Shown here piece after piece: positions 15,001 to 26,286 of a stretch of 64,000 bases of DNA. This DNA comes from Amoebophrya sp. A120. Lineage: Eukaryota > Protista > Dinoflagellata. A program made the translations under genes and the position numbers. The notes under the pieces are model-generated. The model made no database searches. It was not told where the DNA came from and saw only the letters and a program-made list of their open reading frames with translations. The stretch lies in NCBI GenBank assembly GCA_905178155.1, contig CAJINV010000001.1:9631865-9695864 (forward strand). Direction: 5' to 3'. Numbering within the stretch: the first letter of the stretch is position 1; every line of letters starts with the position of its first letter.

Positions 15001-18000
15001 GCCGGAGCCGTGGCATCTTCCTCCTTTTTGACAAATGCAGGCGCGGCGGCAGGAGCGCTTGGGGTGTTACGCGCCACCGCCTTTAGAAAAACTCCTTGCG
15101 CGCTTTCGAGCAACTCGGCAAGTAATTTCTGCTCCTCGGGCAAGACCCCCACCTCGCGGCCCATGTCCTGCACCCGCTGCAGGTTCTGCGCTAAGATGTC
15201 CAATATTGGACTGCCCTCTTTACTTTCGTTTTGCTTGCCAGAGGAGCTGGAGCTGCCGCCCTGATCATGCGTCTCAATATTTGAAGCCGGGCGTGCCGAC
15301 ACCTCAGGAGATATTTGCTCCTGCTTAACGTTCACGTGGGGTTTCGCCACAACAGAAAGAGCGTCACCGTCGTCTTTCGGCATCGATATTTCAAGAACGG
15401 GGACGTCGACGTTCGCGGCGCTGCATGAAATCTTTGGGTGTGTCGGCTCCACCAGCTGCTTGACATCGGTGGTATTGGCCCGGTGCTGTTCCGGCTTCTC
15501 GCCCGCCCTGATCGAAGGAGTGAGCTGCGCCTGCGCCATCGAAGGGTTATTGCTCTCCTGCTCTGCTAACTTTGTCTCCATTCTTTCATCCTGCTGGTTA
15601 ACATCAACATCGTTTAAGCGGCTCTTCGTGAATTCAGTTGAAGGCTTGCGTCCGGTCGATAGCTTTCCCTCCACGCGTCCAGCAGCTGATGGCAGCTCCT
15701 GGTGCACGTAGTCCTTCGTCAGCGCTTTCTCGACCAACAGACCCTCGGCGCCGGACGCAGCTTTACTAGTCGTCTTCAGATTGAAAATATCCACATCATC
15801 AACAAGCTCATCAGCACAAAAACTCGTGTCCCGTTCCTGCATCCCCGTGGACTCCGGCGCGGCTTCTCGATCTACTGCCACTTCAACGCTCTTAGTACCT
15901 CGGCCCGCTTGACTATCGACCGCGACTGCTGCACCCAACTGGGCCGCGTCATCTGGCGAAACGGAAACTTCTGGAAAGGCCTCTTGCAAACCTCCACGTC
16001 CCCCCTCGGTAGGGGGCACGGCTGGCAACACTGATTGCGTAGAAGCTCCCGGCCGCTCCCGCTCCGCCGCTTGTTTGTTGTCCTGCGAAAGGGGCTGGAA
16101 TTGCAGTTCTCGCTCTTTCGTAACCTCGCAAAGCGCAGCCTCGGTCTGCAACAGATTCGGACGCTGCTCGGTTTTTTCTTCATTTTGCTTGTCCGCCTTG
16201 ACCTTGTCCGCCTCGACGCCAGGCTTGTCATCATCACGCACCACGGACACTGCTCGATCAATGATGTTGCTGTTGACATCGGCTGCTGCTTTTTCCGGCA
16301 ACTCTGCCTCGTATCCAGAAAGTTTTTTCGCGTCCTCTTCGGACTTTTCCTGCTGCACATTTCCTTCTTTTTTCTCCACTGAAGTAGCCGGAACAAGTTG
16401 TGGCTTCTTCTCAACATCAAGCGAAACCGAGAGCAAGCCCTGACTGTCATCGAGATTCTTCTTCGCGTCTTGTTCAGCGCCAATCGCAGAGAGGCCGACA
16501 CGGTTGCCGTGTAGACCACTTCCGCTTGCCTTTACGACTTCAACCTCATTTTTGTCGTCCTGCTTAACCATCGGCTCGTGCTGGTTCTCCGTTGCCTCTT
16601 TCTCCGCTGCGGTCCCCCTAGCGGGCACGTCGACGATTTCGATTTCCTGCTGACGCCCTTGTAGCTGCTTTTGCAAATGTCGGCTGGTGGTGAATTCCTC
16701 TCGAATAGGAATCGCAGTCGGTGTCGGTACACCTACCGCTAACGGCGCGGAGTCCGACGCTTCCTTGCTGTGCAGGTTCAGTGGTTCTCGCGCAACAGGT
16801 TTTGACTCACGCTTGTCATTTTGTATGTGTTTTCCCTCTTCCGCAAAAGCTGGCTCTCCCTTGTTTGCACTTTTCTCCGGGATGTCTTTAGCCGGAACAG
16901 TAGAGGGCAGGGCTACAGGTTGTGGTTGATGTACACCGCTTGTTAAATCTCGACTAATTTTCAAATCGTCAACAGAATTTTTGCGCGGGGCTGTGGGCTC
17001 GTGCTGAGTGATCTGTGGTGCGGGTGCAAGTAGTGCGTCAACAGCTCCCGCTTCATTATCTTTATTGACCGTAAACTGGTCCTGGTCGTCAATCGGCGGC
17101 GATTCGAGACGGGGAGAAACGCTTCCTGCATTCTTCTCCGTATGGTGCATTAACGCCTCTTTCTCCGGTGATCGAGGCTTCATCGGAGGAAACAGCGCGC
17201 CCTCCTTATTCACCAGGGAATTCTGCTGGTTCACGAGGTTACCATCTTCCGCCGGAGTTGTTGCGTTGTCCATTTCGAGGTTAGCTGGCAAGACGCACTC
17301 TTCCGTGGCTTTTCCCACAGCTTCGTCCGGCTTGTTGTCGTTGATACTAGGCTGGAGCAGGGAAGTAGTGATCTCTTCTGCATTCTGGCCGTCCATGATC
17401 GCGCCCACTGCGTCTTCAAGATCGCGGGCACCGCCTCCGTCTTTAGACAAACTGGATTCGGCTGCGACACGTGGTCCGTTCTGCCCTGCGGATTCAAAAC
17501 TGGTACTGGGCTTCTTTTCTTCTGCAGCATCACCTGGATTTTGTGGAAGTGAAGCTTTCTCTCCAAGTTCGACGCTGCCCTCCTGGTCAACATCCATCAT
17601 ATCCGCCCCTCCTGAAGGGTCCTTCAGTTGTAGTTGAGCTGGTTCGTTTTCCCCGATGATCCCAGTAGAATTTGCGATCACGCTGCCATCCTGCTCTCCT
17701 GTGCACACCTTGTCAGCGGGTGCGCGAGGGGCGTCTGGGGGTGTAGGAGCAAGGTCTTCTTTCGTAACCCTGACGCTCGAATTCCCTGGCGAGTGCTGCA
17801 ACGACGAATTATATCCGTCTTGCTGTTCATCTCGTCTCTGATCAAGGCGCGCAGGCAAGTCCGAAGTGACCGCTGGATTCTTCAACGCTCGATCTGCAAC
17901 ATGCACGCGCGCTTCGCCATTTTGCACAGGCTCCGGTGCGGACTTCAGCGGGCCACCGGGAGCGAGTTGAGAGCAGGAAGGCCCAGGTTGCAATGCGATA

Positions 18001-20487
18001 GGCTTCCCGGACGCTTGTTCGCGCTCGTTCTGTCCAAGTCCGACTGCCAAGTCCTGCAACCGCGCTGTTTGTTCCGCGTCTACTCCATCGCCAGCAACTA
18101 AACCTACTGCAGAAGACAGTAGTTCCGCAGACATCGCTGCCGCTGCGTGTAGGTCTGGCACGGCACACCGAGCGGCTTCTTGCTGCAAGTCCTCGAAGAT
18201 CCGCGGTGTAATTTGCTTTATCGCGGGTATCGGTATTTTGGTCTTGGGATCCAGAATTGCAACGTCCCAAAGATCGCCCGGGGAAATATCTGCCTGCTCC
18301 TGCAGTATGAGCGCTAGCTCGGCTTCTGCTTTCTCACACGACCGTTTTAAGTCTACCGCTTTCCCGAGGTCATACCCAAGATACTCTGTGCCCGTCATTT
18401 TGCTCTCAAACAGCCTGTCGTAGTACCCCTCGAGCTCGTTTCTATGTTTTTCTATCTCCCTGGCTTTCTTGGTCATGTCTAGGGCCCTTTCCGGCGGAAA
18501 TCTGTCACTCAGTATCTTAGCTGGTGATCGTCCGTTCGGCTTTTCCACCCACAAGGGGAGAAGGGCGGTGGACGACGACGCACTGTGCTGCTGCGACTGG
18601 ACTTGTGGAAGTAGTTCGGGAGGAGGGACTGACGGCACGGATGGCGCAGCACGTTGGCTCGTGACGCACTGCTGCGGATGGTTCATCTGGGCCAGTGAAT
18701 TCATCCCAACTGCAAGCGGCGCGTCCGCACCAGGAGCTGGCACAGGCAGAAGTCCCGCACTGTTTTAGTTGTTTTGCGCTTTCAATCTTGTGTCTGTGTC
18801 TAGATGCGCTTTTTACAATTCCAGGGATCAAGTTTGAAAAATCAGGAGAAAATTTCAATCGGTATCAGCCCCTGCGAAAACTTTAAAAGACATAACTGCC
18901 CAGCGAAAACAGAGCGAAAATGACTATCAACACAGAAAACGATCAGGAAGGTCAACACACTATCGCGAGCACAGAAGCAATAACCACTGAGAATCTCAAT
19001 ACTATTGCAGCAACATATATTCCCAATATCCCGGGTCGTGCCGCCGCGCCCTGAATTCGGCGACGGGAGAGTCGACCCGTATCACGGGGATGCACGGCGC
19101 GTTATATGCATCTCTTGGATACTGCGTCCTCGGACCGACGCGAGGCGCTTTCGTCGAGCGGTCAGTAAAAAAACTACAAGTATCCGGCGACCAGCGCACG
19201 GGGATCCATTGACTGACCAAGTTCGGCGACAGAACCTGTGAATGTGTGAATCGTATTTTTTTCAATGAAAAAGGGTCGGAAACATGTTGATCAGAAAGAG
19301 TCGGAAACATCATTCTATGTCGAAGCCGGTTGCGAAACAAATACATGTGCCGTTGCGAAACAAACGTCATTCTACGCCGAATTCTAATTCATGTGCCGTT
19401 GCGAAACAAATACAAAAGGACAAACGTGTAACGGTAGTTAGTAAGTACATTGAAGAATATTCGCGGTGCATTCCGATGGCAGTCTGCCCAGGTTTTTTTG
19501 TAGGCCTGGGTATATCCGAATCGGATCCGCGATCCTTCCTTTGCAGCCTGGGCAATGAGTTCATTCAGGCTTCCCGGTTCACGTATGAAAGGCAAAAGTG
19601 GCTGCGCTCCTCGAATTCCAGTCAAAAAACTTGAAATCGGATCTTTGATTGTACTATTTCTATTTTGCAGTGAAGCGACCAGCACATTACCGTCAGTAAT
19701 CCTACAAACTGTGACGCATGAAACATGTACCTGCGCCTGCCAAGAACTACAAGAGAAAAATTATAAGTACTTTTGTATGAATGTGTGTCAGCGAGGAGCC
19801 TCTACCTCTATTTCTTTTCGCTTGCATAAGGCTTCCACTCCATTGAAAGTACTCGACATACACCTGAACGTCCAGCTGGTTCTTCTTCTTCTTCTTTTTT
19901 TTCGCATTTCCTTTCCCGGCTGTTTCTGCTTTCTGTATAGGAAAAGCTTGTCGCAACTCCGACAAGTCTCGATGCACCTGGTGCGGCGCCTCCTTTGATG
20001 GCGCTCCTGCGAGTGCCGCAACGGTCTTAGCGTGAGAGACGGATGACGATGAGCTGGACGCGGAGCCCTTCATCCCCTTCGCTTGGTGGACCTGCACTTC
20101 TTCCTTAGCGAAAGAGGCATGAGCACCGGTCTCGACACCGTCTGTTTGTTTATGATCCTGGTCCGATCTTGCTGGAGGTAGAAGTTCTGCTGGCTTCACG
20201 TTTTTATCGGTATTCTTACTTGACTGTCGCGACTTATTTTGGCCTTGTTTTCCAGCGCGCCCTCCCACAGTCTTTCTCTTCTGGTTCTGCCTTTTTCCTC
20301 CTGTCGTTGTCGCCTCTTGCTGTGCTGGCGCTCGATTGGTGGCAGAAGAAACAGGTTTTTCGCCCGCCGGAAGGTTTTCTCCGTTCTCGATTTGCACATC
20401 CCCCTGTTCTTCCCCTGGCCCAGCTGGTAAACCCGCCTGCTGGGAGTCCAGCTCCTGTAGCCTATCCAATAAGTTTTTCTTTCCCAT
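56..20487 (-). CDS. Giant multi-exon low-complexity/disordered protein (~5,800 aa, ~11 exons), function unknown
   Basis: ORFs 19747-20487 (MGKKNLL...), 19389-19685, 19002-19370, 9186-18743, 7675-8121, 6337-7479, 2276-4885 and 56-2113, plus short exons near 6000-6136, 5598-5795 and 5216-5432, can be joined with phase-compatible GT-AG introns (e.g. AACAG|GTAAAA near 2279 to TTTGCAG|G near 2090) and one non-canonical intron (7983-9233). The protein is A/E/K/P/S-rich with an R/D-rich C-terminus. The joining is manual and the 3' end is uncertain. Confidence 0.6.
6520..6632 (-). repeat. Coding tandem repeat, ~30-33 nt unit (ADQ[GE]EK..) x4
   Basis: TTTCTC(C)TTGGTCGGCA-like unit recurs; protein reads LADQGEKTGADQGEKTVADQEKKLVVADQEK. 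Confidence 0.75.
7983..9233. mobile_element. TIR introner-like element 1 (1251 bp, non-autonomous, composite), TSD GTGAT
   Basis: Perfect 39-bp TIR TATCCTGTGCAAAAGTATCGTACTCGTATAAATCCGCTA at 7983-8021, with its reverse complement at 9195-9233. GTGAT lies at 7978-7982 and 9234-9238. Removing the element plus one TSD fuses ...LPEDH to TTAKSQSVTDAELF in frame. Confidence 0.93.
12150..12290 (-). repeat. Coding tandem repeat PPxVAGSL x~5
   Basis: Translation reads PPAVAASLPPPVVAGSLPPQEVAGSVPPPVVGSLLPPVVAA. Confidence 0.65.
13840..14790 (-). repeat. Coding tandem repeat, ~240 bp (~80 aa) unit x4
   Basis: PKA[RSG]E[DN]AAAL.K.DPV...[HD]D[EK]KS...A.D..VKAST....SLQ.PG unit is repeated four times in the 3185-aa ORF; GAGCAGCCGCAT recurs at about 14043, 14267, 14505 and 14756. 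Confidence 0.85.
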
Positions 20488-22054
20488 AGTGGCTTTGTGG
20501 CAGGTACGACTACGAGATAAGCAGTGCACCAAAAAAGGCCAAAGTCGATGTGCTGCTGGAAGATCCAATTGCTTACTCCGCGGAAGAAAATCAAGTTGTA
20601 GATTTCGTTTTGGTGCTAGCGGCCACAGCTCCGCAAAACACACTAGAACACGGTCGCAGATTCGGATCCTCGTGCTGCTGCTCGAAATCTATTTCACGAA
20701 CTCGTAGAATGGGTGAGCAGGATCGTCGGATTTATGTCCGACTTTTCGTTCCCAACGAGGAAAATTCGCGAATCACATGCGCCGCACCGACTCACTTTGT
20801 AGCCAGGTACCGCTCCGCACACGTTCGCGCCTGATGTCCGAGGAAATTCTGCTGATTCAGTTTCAGGAGGGGGCACCTCCTTCGTCGTGTGTCCGCGCTT
20901 TTTTCTTTTTGTTCTTCGGGGAAAACAAGCAGACTGTCGCGCAACTGCAAGACGATCAATTACTTAATCAAGGGGATGAGTAGATGTCCCGTAGAGAGGT
21001 GGACCCGAACGTAGAATTTAGTCGTGCGTTGAAGAAGTGCTTCAGACGGAGGGAGGGGATCTCGGATCAAGACGACCAACTTTCTCCACCGTACAGATGA
21101 TGTCAATAATTTGGGGCTGGCACTAAAATTCAGATGTACGCAGCCAAAGAAAAGAAGTCGAGCCTTCACACGATGACTTCATTGTCAGTCTTGGTCCATA
21201 ACGACCGCCATTCCATGATAAAAATGCCGTAACTTATCAAAGCAAAACCAATCTTTTTTTTACCCGACGCTTCTATGAACCAACTCTAAGTTGAGTAAGA
21301 GTACCGGTTTAGAATCTCAAGGCCTGGCAACCATGAAGAATGAGCGAGGTTTCTTGATGCTCGCGGAAATGATTAAACTCACAAAAACTGCACACGTGGC
21401 AGTGGGCTTCTCTTTCTACATCTAACTCTACTGATGTGGCTACTCCAATACGTACACACTAGTCACAGCATTGCTGGAGTGGATCTGGATGCCGATGGCA
21501 AGTTGTATCTCTAGGACACACAAGAGACCATCTTCACGGCAACAAGAATGGAACAATGCGCTGCGTGGGTACGATATCCTTGAGCGAGCTGCGATCTTTC
21601 TGATACTGTGTGTATTCACGTCGACCGTTCACGATGTTTGCGGCCGCACACCTCACTACTCATGTATGAAGATCACGGGAGGGTCGCTTTCGCCTAAGTG
21701 TTGTACTCGATGGGATCATAATGGGAATCGTGCTCGCTCGGCTGAGCAACGCGTTTTGAGTTGTAGGAAACACTATTAGAGATCGATATCATGAGTTCGT
21801 AGAACACGAGGAAGTGGCCACTTGCGTACGTGCCACGAAGAAGGGCACAGCTTTTTGCTTTTTTGCGAAATAAAAAGTGCATGCGCTTGCACGTATTACT
21901 GAGTGTCGTGCTCGTCGTTGACAAGAAAACAAAGGTGTTATTCCGGCGTCGTAATTGCGTTTGCGAATGCGGATGCGCTTCCAGCATGGCGGGAAAGTTG
22001 CATGTATAAATCTCAACAAAGTAAGCCAAGCATCGCAAAAGTCTCTCACACTCT

Positions 22055-24860
22055 TCATCCCTTGGTATGTGCACGCGGACCCAGTTCGCCTCCACCTTGC
22101 GCCAACAGCTCCGGCGGCTCGCTTTGCACGTAACCGTACTCTTCGCTGTAAGACACGCCATCGATGGTAGCGCTGCAGTTGGCGGTGCAGGTATAGAACA
22201 GAACCGTGCCGAAGTCATGATGCGTATTCGCGATCGCAATCATGGAGGGCAGCAGCTGGAACTCGAATGCCCGCGGCGCGCCGCAGCGTCGACAGGGGGG
22301 GATGCGATCCGGCCGTGTGTTTTCCTTGTCTTTCTCGTGGTACCAGAGGATGAGATCCTCTGGCGTTGTGATAGAAGACAAGGCCGCCATTCTGTCCCCT
22401 GCACTGCAGCCGCTGTTTGGAGCAACGATAGTACTACTATCATCTCCATCAGGAACATCTTCACCGTCTGGCCCTCGACGCGCGGGCGTCGTGGTCATTG
22501 ACAGGTTTTCGTCCACCAGTTTCTCCGTGATGAGTTCCTCGGGGGGAATCTGTGCGTTCTCGCGCAACGCGTTCTCAAGAACTTGCTGTCGCGTTGGATG
22601 GAGCGGAACTCTGTGGGCGGGTCGCCGACTGCGGGAGGGGGAAGAAGCGTTCGAGGATGTGGTCGTTTGCGGACTGCGAGTTCGCGTTGCACCATGATCC
22701 TGTTGTGCTCGCACGTTTGAAAGAAAATTGCTTGCAGCTCCTGAAACCGTGGGCGGTTGCTGGAGATTGATATTCTCTGGCACGGTCGTCAAAAAATTAA
22801 CATTTCGGCTCAAGGCGCCATCATCGGACATGGAGCGAGCCTTGGTCACCAGCGTAGAAGAGGACGGGGTGCTATTGGTCCTCTGCGCGTGCGCCTCCTT
22901 CAGGCGCTCATTGGGGCTCTTCCCGTCGACTCCGAGAGCGGTTTTGGGCACTTGGGGTGTGGATGGGCGGTCCTGGATGTAGCAGCCCTGAATGCGTTGC
23001 ACCTCGAAGTTCTGCACTAGCTGTTCCTTGCGCTCCGCTTCCTGGCTTTTCGTTGCGGAGATTGTGGGCTTGTTGCTGCTGCCCGCCGGCGGCGGTGTGC
23101 GGGTGGCCGGAAGAAAGTTTTTGCGCATCAGAGCACTGATGGCGTCCGTGTTTTCACTGTCGTCGTTTCGTGGAGGGGCGGACAGGCGTCGTTTCGGCAG
23201 GGGTGACGGCTGCAGGACCGCTGAGGCGGGGGAGTTGTTGTTGGCCCGGCAGCTGTAGCTGTCGTCACAGCCAATTTCGGAGCCGCTGTTTTCATCTTCG
23301 ACCTCGATCTCTTCGTCGTCCTCCTCTTCCCTGGGTATCACTACGCGCAAAATGCATCGCGGCCGCCGCAGACACTCCTTTTTGAACATTCGAAAAGCCG
23401 GATCGTCGTCGCGGCCGTGCGTCTTTTTCCATTCTTCAAAATATGCCATTTCCGACGCATCCAGCTGAGGCGACTGTTCCCCTTTTGCGCTGTCGGGCGT
23501 CGTCGTAGACAGATCCTTCGCACCAATACTACTCTTGATCTTTGTCTTTTGCGCAGACGAGGACGGCGTCGCTGTTGTGGTGGTGCTGCTACTGTTGGTG
23601 CTTTCGCCATTCCCATTTTTTTGGAATGAGGAATGATCAACTGTAGTCGTCGTCACCGTCGCAGTACTGTCTGTTGCACATTCTTGCTCCGCCGTCGTGG
23701 GGAAGACCTGCACGTTGCCATTCGCCTCCTGGTACTCCCGAAACAGTTCCTTGTCCCGACGGTCTTGCAAGACCGCGGCGAGATCCACCTCGTCGTCGCT
23801 TGACGTGCCCTCCTCCTCGGTGCTCGAATCGGCTTCCGCATCTATTTCGTACTCCGAAAGCATGGCCAGATCTGCAAAACAAATAAGTTAAAGTTACGTC
23901 TCAATCTCGAACTACACGTTATTTGATTTCTACCTAGATTGTTCGTCTCTTGCAGCATGTTGTGTACCGAAACCTTCTACCCATCGAAGGTAGGAATGCG
24001 AACTCATCGCATCCCTTTTCATCAAGAAATACGAAACAGGTTGGAAAGTTTATGTTTAGAAGTAAAAAACTAAAAGAGAAACGTTCGTTACCATTAGGTT
24101 CCTTCGTGCCCTTGCTCCAGCTGCCGTGTCGGTAGAGGTCCATTACGTGGGAGACCGAGGGGAAGTTGTTCGGGTTATCGGGGAGATAATACGGGTTCAG
24201 CCTTGGTAGTTGCGCCCGGAAGCAGCGGAACTGGTCGGGGCAAACGCGGCAGGTGAACACGTAAAGCATCCTGTGAAAGGCTGCCGGGCTGGCGTCCTCC
24301 CGGCTGGCGTAGATCTGCAGCAGAAACCGCATCCGTGACCCGCACTATTGAGAGGAAAAATCCCCCCTCCCCATATTGAAAAGGCATGTTTCCGAAAATT
24401 TGCGTTGCTGATTTGAGGCCACAAATCACATTTGTTTTGCAAGAAGGCAAGGGCAGAAGCTTCCGCCCCATTATGGAAGCGACTTGTCATGCTGTTGGGC
24501 CTAAAGCGGAGCCGCTTGCCATGCTGAACAACTAGACGCGTACGCCCCTACCTAGCCTGGGGACCTGACTGCAATGCTTTCCTGCAATACAAAGCTGATT
24601 TGTGTACTCAAATCCAGCATCAGAAATTTCGTCTTGATATGGGGAGGCGGGATTTTTCCTTTTGATACGCACCGTGCGCACGTCAGGTCCGTTGGGTAGT
24701 TTTCCGGCACCAACCAGGCCGGCTTGCCGCCGATTTTGCTCGGAAAATAGTACCGCGTGAGTTGCCGAATGTCTTCCGGCGGGTCACGATACAAATAACC
24801 GAACTCCACGGCATTCTGCGTGGCGGGTACTACGGAGGATACCATGTTGTGGGCGGCCAT
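22055..24860 (-). CDS. PDCD2: Programmed cell death protein 2 family (PDCD2/Tsr4-like uS5 chaperone), 3 exons
   Basis: N-terminal FPSKIGGKPAWL..TCARC-GSRMRFLLQIY..FHRMLYVFTC..FRAQLPRLNPYY and C-terminal IPPCRRCGAPRAFEFQLLP..DFGTVLFYTCTANC..YSEEYGYVQ. Intron 1 is element 24346-24667 plus one TSD; intron 2 is canonical GT-AG at 23872-24091. Confidence 0.88.
24346..24667. mobile_element. TIR introner-like element 2 (322 bp), TSD CGCAC
   Basis: Left end TATTGAGAGGAAAAATCCCCCCTCCCCATATTGA versus reverse complement of right end TATCAAAAGGAAAAATCCCGCCTCCCCATATCAA; the imperfect IR extends ~100 bp. CGCAC lies at 24341-24345 and 24668-24672. Removal restores the conserved C-A-R-C-G-S-R-M-R-F-L-L-Q of PDCD2. 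Confidence 0.92.
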
Positions 24861-26286
24861 GCTGTTCTTCCTGGGATCAGCTCCTCTTGTCAGGAGCGTA
24901 GCATAGAACTAGAAGAGGTATTCTTTGATACGAATACTGAAAAACTGGTGAATAAAGCGCGCGAAAATGGAGGACCAATAAAAGCGGCTGCGCAAACCAC
25001 ACTGACTTCTATGCTACGGGCTCGTGATCTGGATGATATGTCTCCATTACCGTTTAGCGAGAATAGATAACGTAGTGCAATGTATGAGCCACCACGACCA
25101 TTACCATAAGTTCTCGCTGAAAGACTGTGACCACGGGAGGGAGCTGCAGGACATTTGTGTTTACTAATGAGAACGATCAGATCGCCATTTCTCTTTTTCC
25201 CTGATCAAATGGCTGCCAAATTCAATATGCGCAGGTATATCGATTTTCCTTGCTGGTCTATTTGCAGCTGAAGGGACTTCTACACTCTTATTTTCAGCTT
25301 TGAAAAACCAGATCATATTCTCCATGCTGGGCCAGGGGTACCATTCCATGTTGGAACATGAAATAAAGGATCCTGGCGGGGCACACTAAGTAAATTCTGA
25401 TCAAGAAAGTTAAAGGCGACAAGAAGACCTGCTGCCTGCTTCCCAGCATCGATTCTACTACAGTGTCAAATCCTCTCAAAAACAGGACCGAAAAAATCCA
25501 TGGTAATTCACTGCTCATTTGATCACACTGCTTGGGCATGCTCTGCGTCAAACACATATATTTTAAGGCACTTCGCTTCATCGCCATCGAGTACCTTTTC
25601 TTTCTCCACAGCTTTATCAAGTACTTTGTCGTGTGTTTCATTTTGCGCAAGGATCTTATCTAGTATTTTACATTCTGAAGACCTTCATAACGTCGGTGCC
25701 GCCGTTTTTCTTCTGTGTACAGGCATGCTGAGTCAATTTCATTTTTTTCTATTTACCACTTTTTCGCTTTATTTCAATATCAAGTGGCAGCTTGTTCTAT
25801 TTACGTCGGGGCCTGGGACGACCAATTTTTTACAAACTAAATCTCAAGGCGGGTTTACTACGCCATGATGATCGACGATAGCATAGCGCTTGCGCTTCTA
25901 CTAGCATAATTTACAACTTCAATTTCAGTTTTTCATTTTCGCATCCTATCAATCTAGATACTTTAGTGCTGCTTTCTACGAAACTCACATTCACGACCGA
26001 GTACGAGAGGAGCGAGTAGGAAGATCAGAGATTTCTAGTATCACTGAAAAGCACTCAGCGAGGTGCCTGCTGGCGGAGGAGGTGCTGCAGAATACTTTCA
26101 TAAAATCTTGCTATTGATCTTTTTCTTTTTGGTTCCCTGCTTGTTGAAACGGAATCGAAATTTGTCCTTGTAATGCTAAAGTTGTTCTTCTTCTGCCTGC
26201 TACTTCTGTGACTGTGCTACTTCTCTTCAAAACGTACATGTTAATTTTCTAGGAAACAGGTGAGAGAATTTCAAACAAGCAAGATG

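Noticed and set aside
19325-19415. Repeated TTGCGAAACAAA motif (x3) in a predicted intron of the giant gene
   Set aside because: A simple local tandem duplication with no TIR or TSD.
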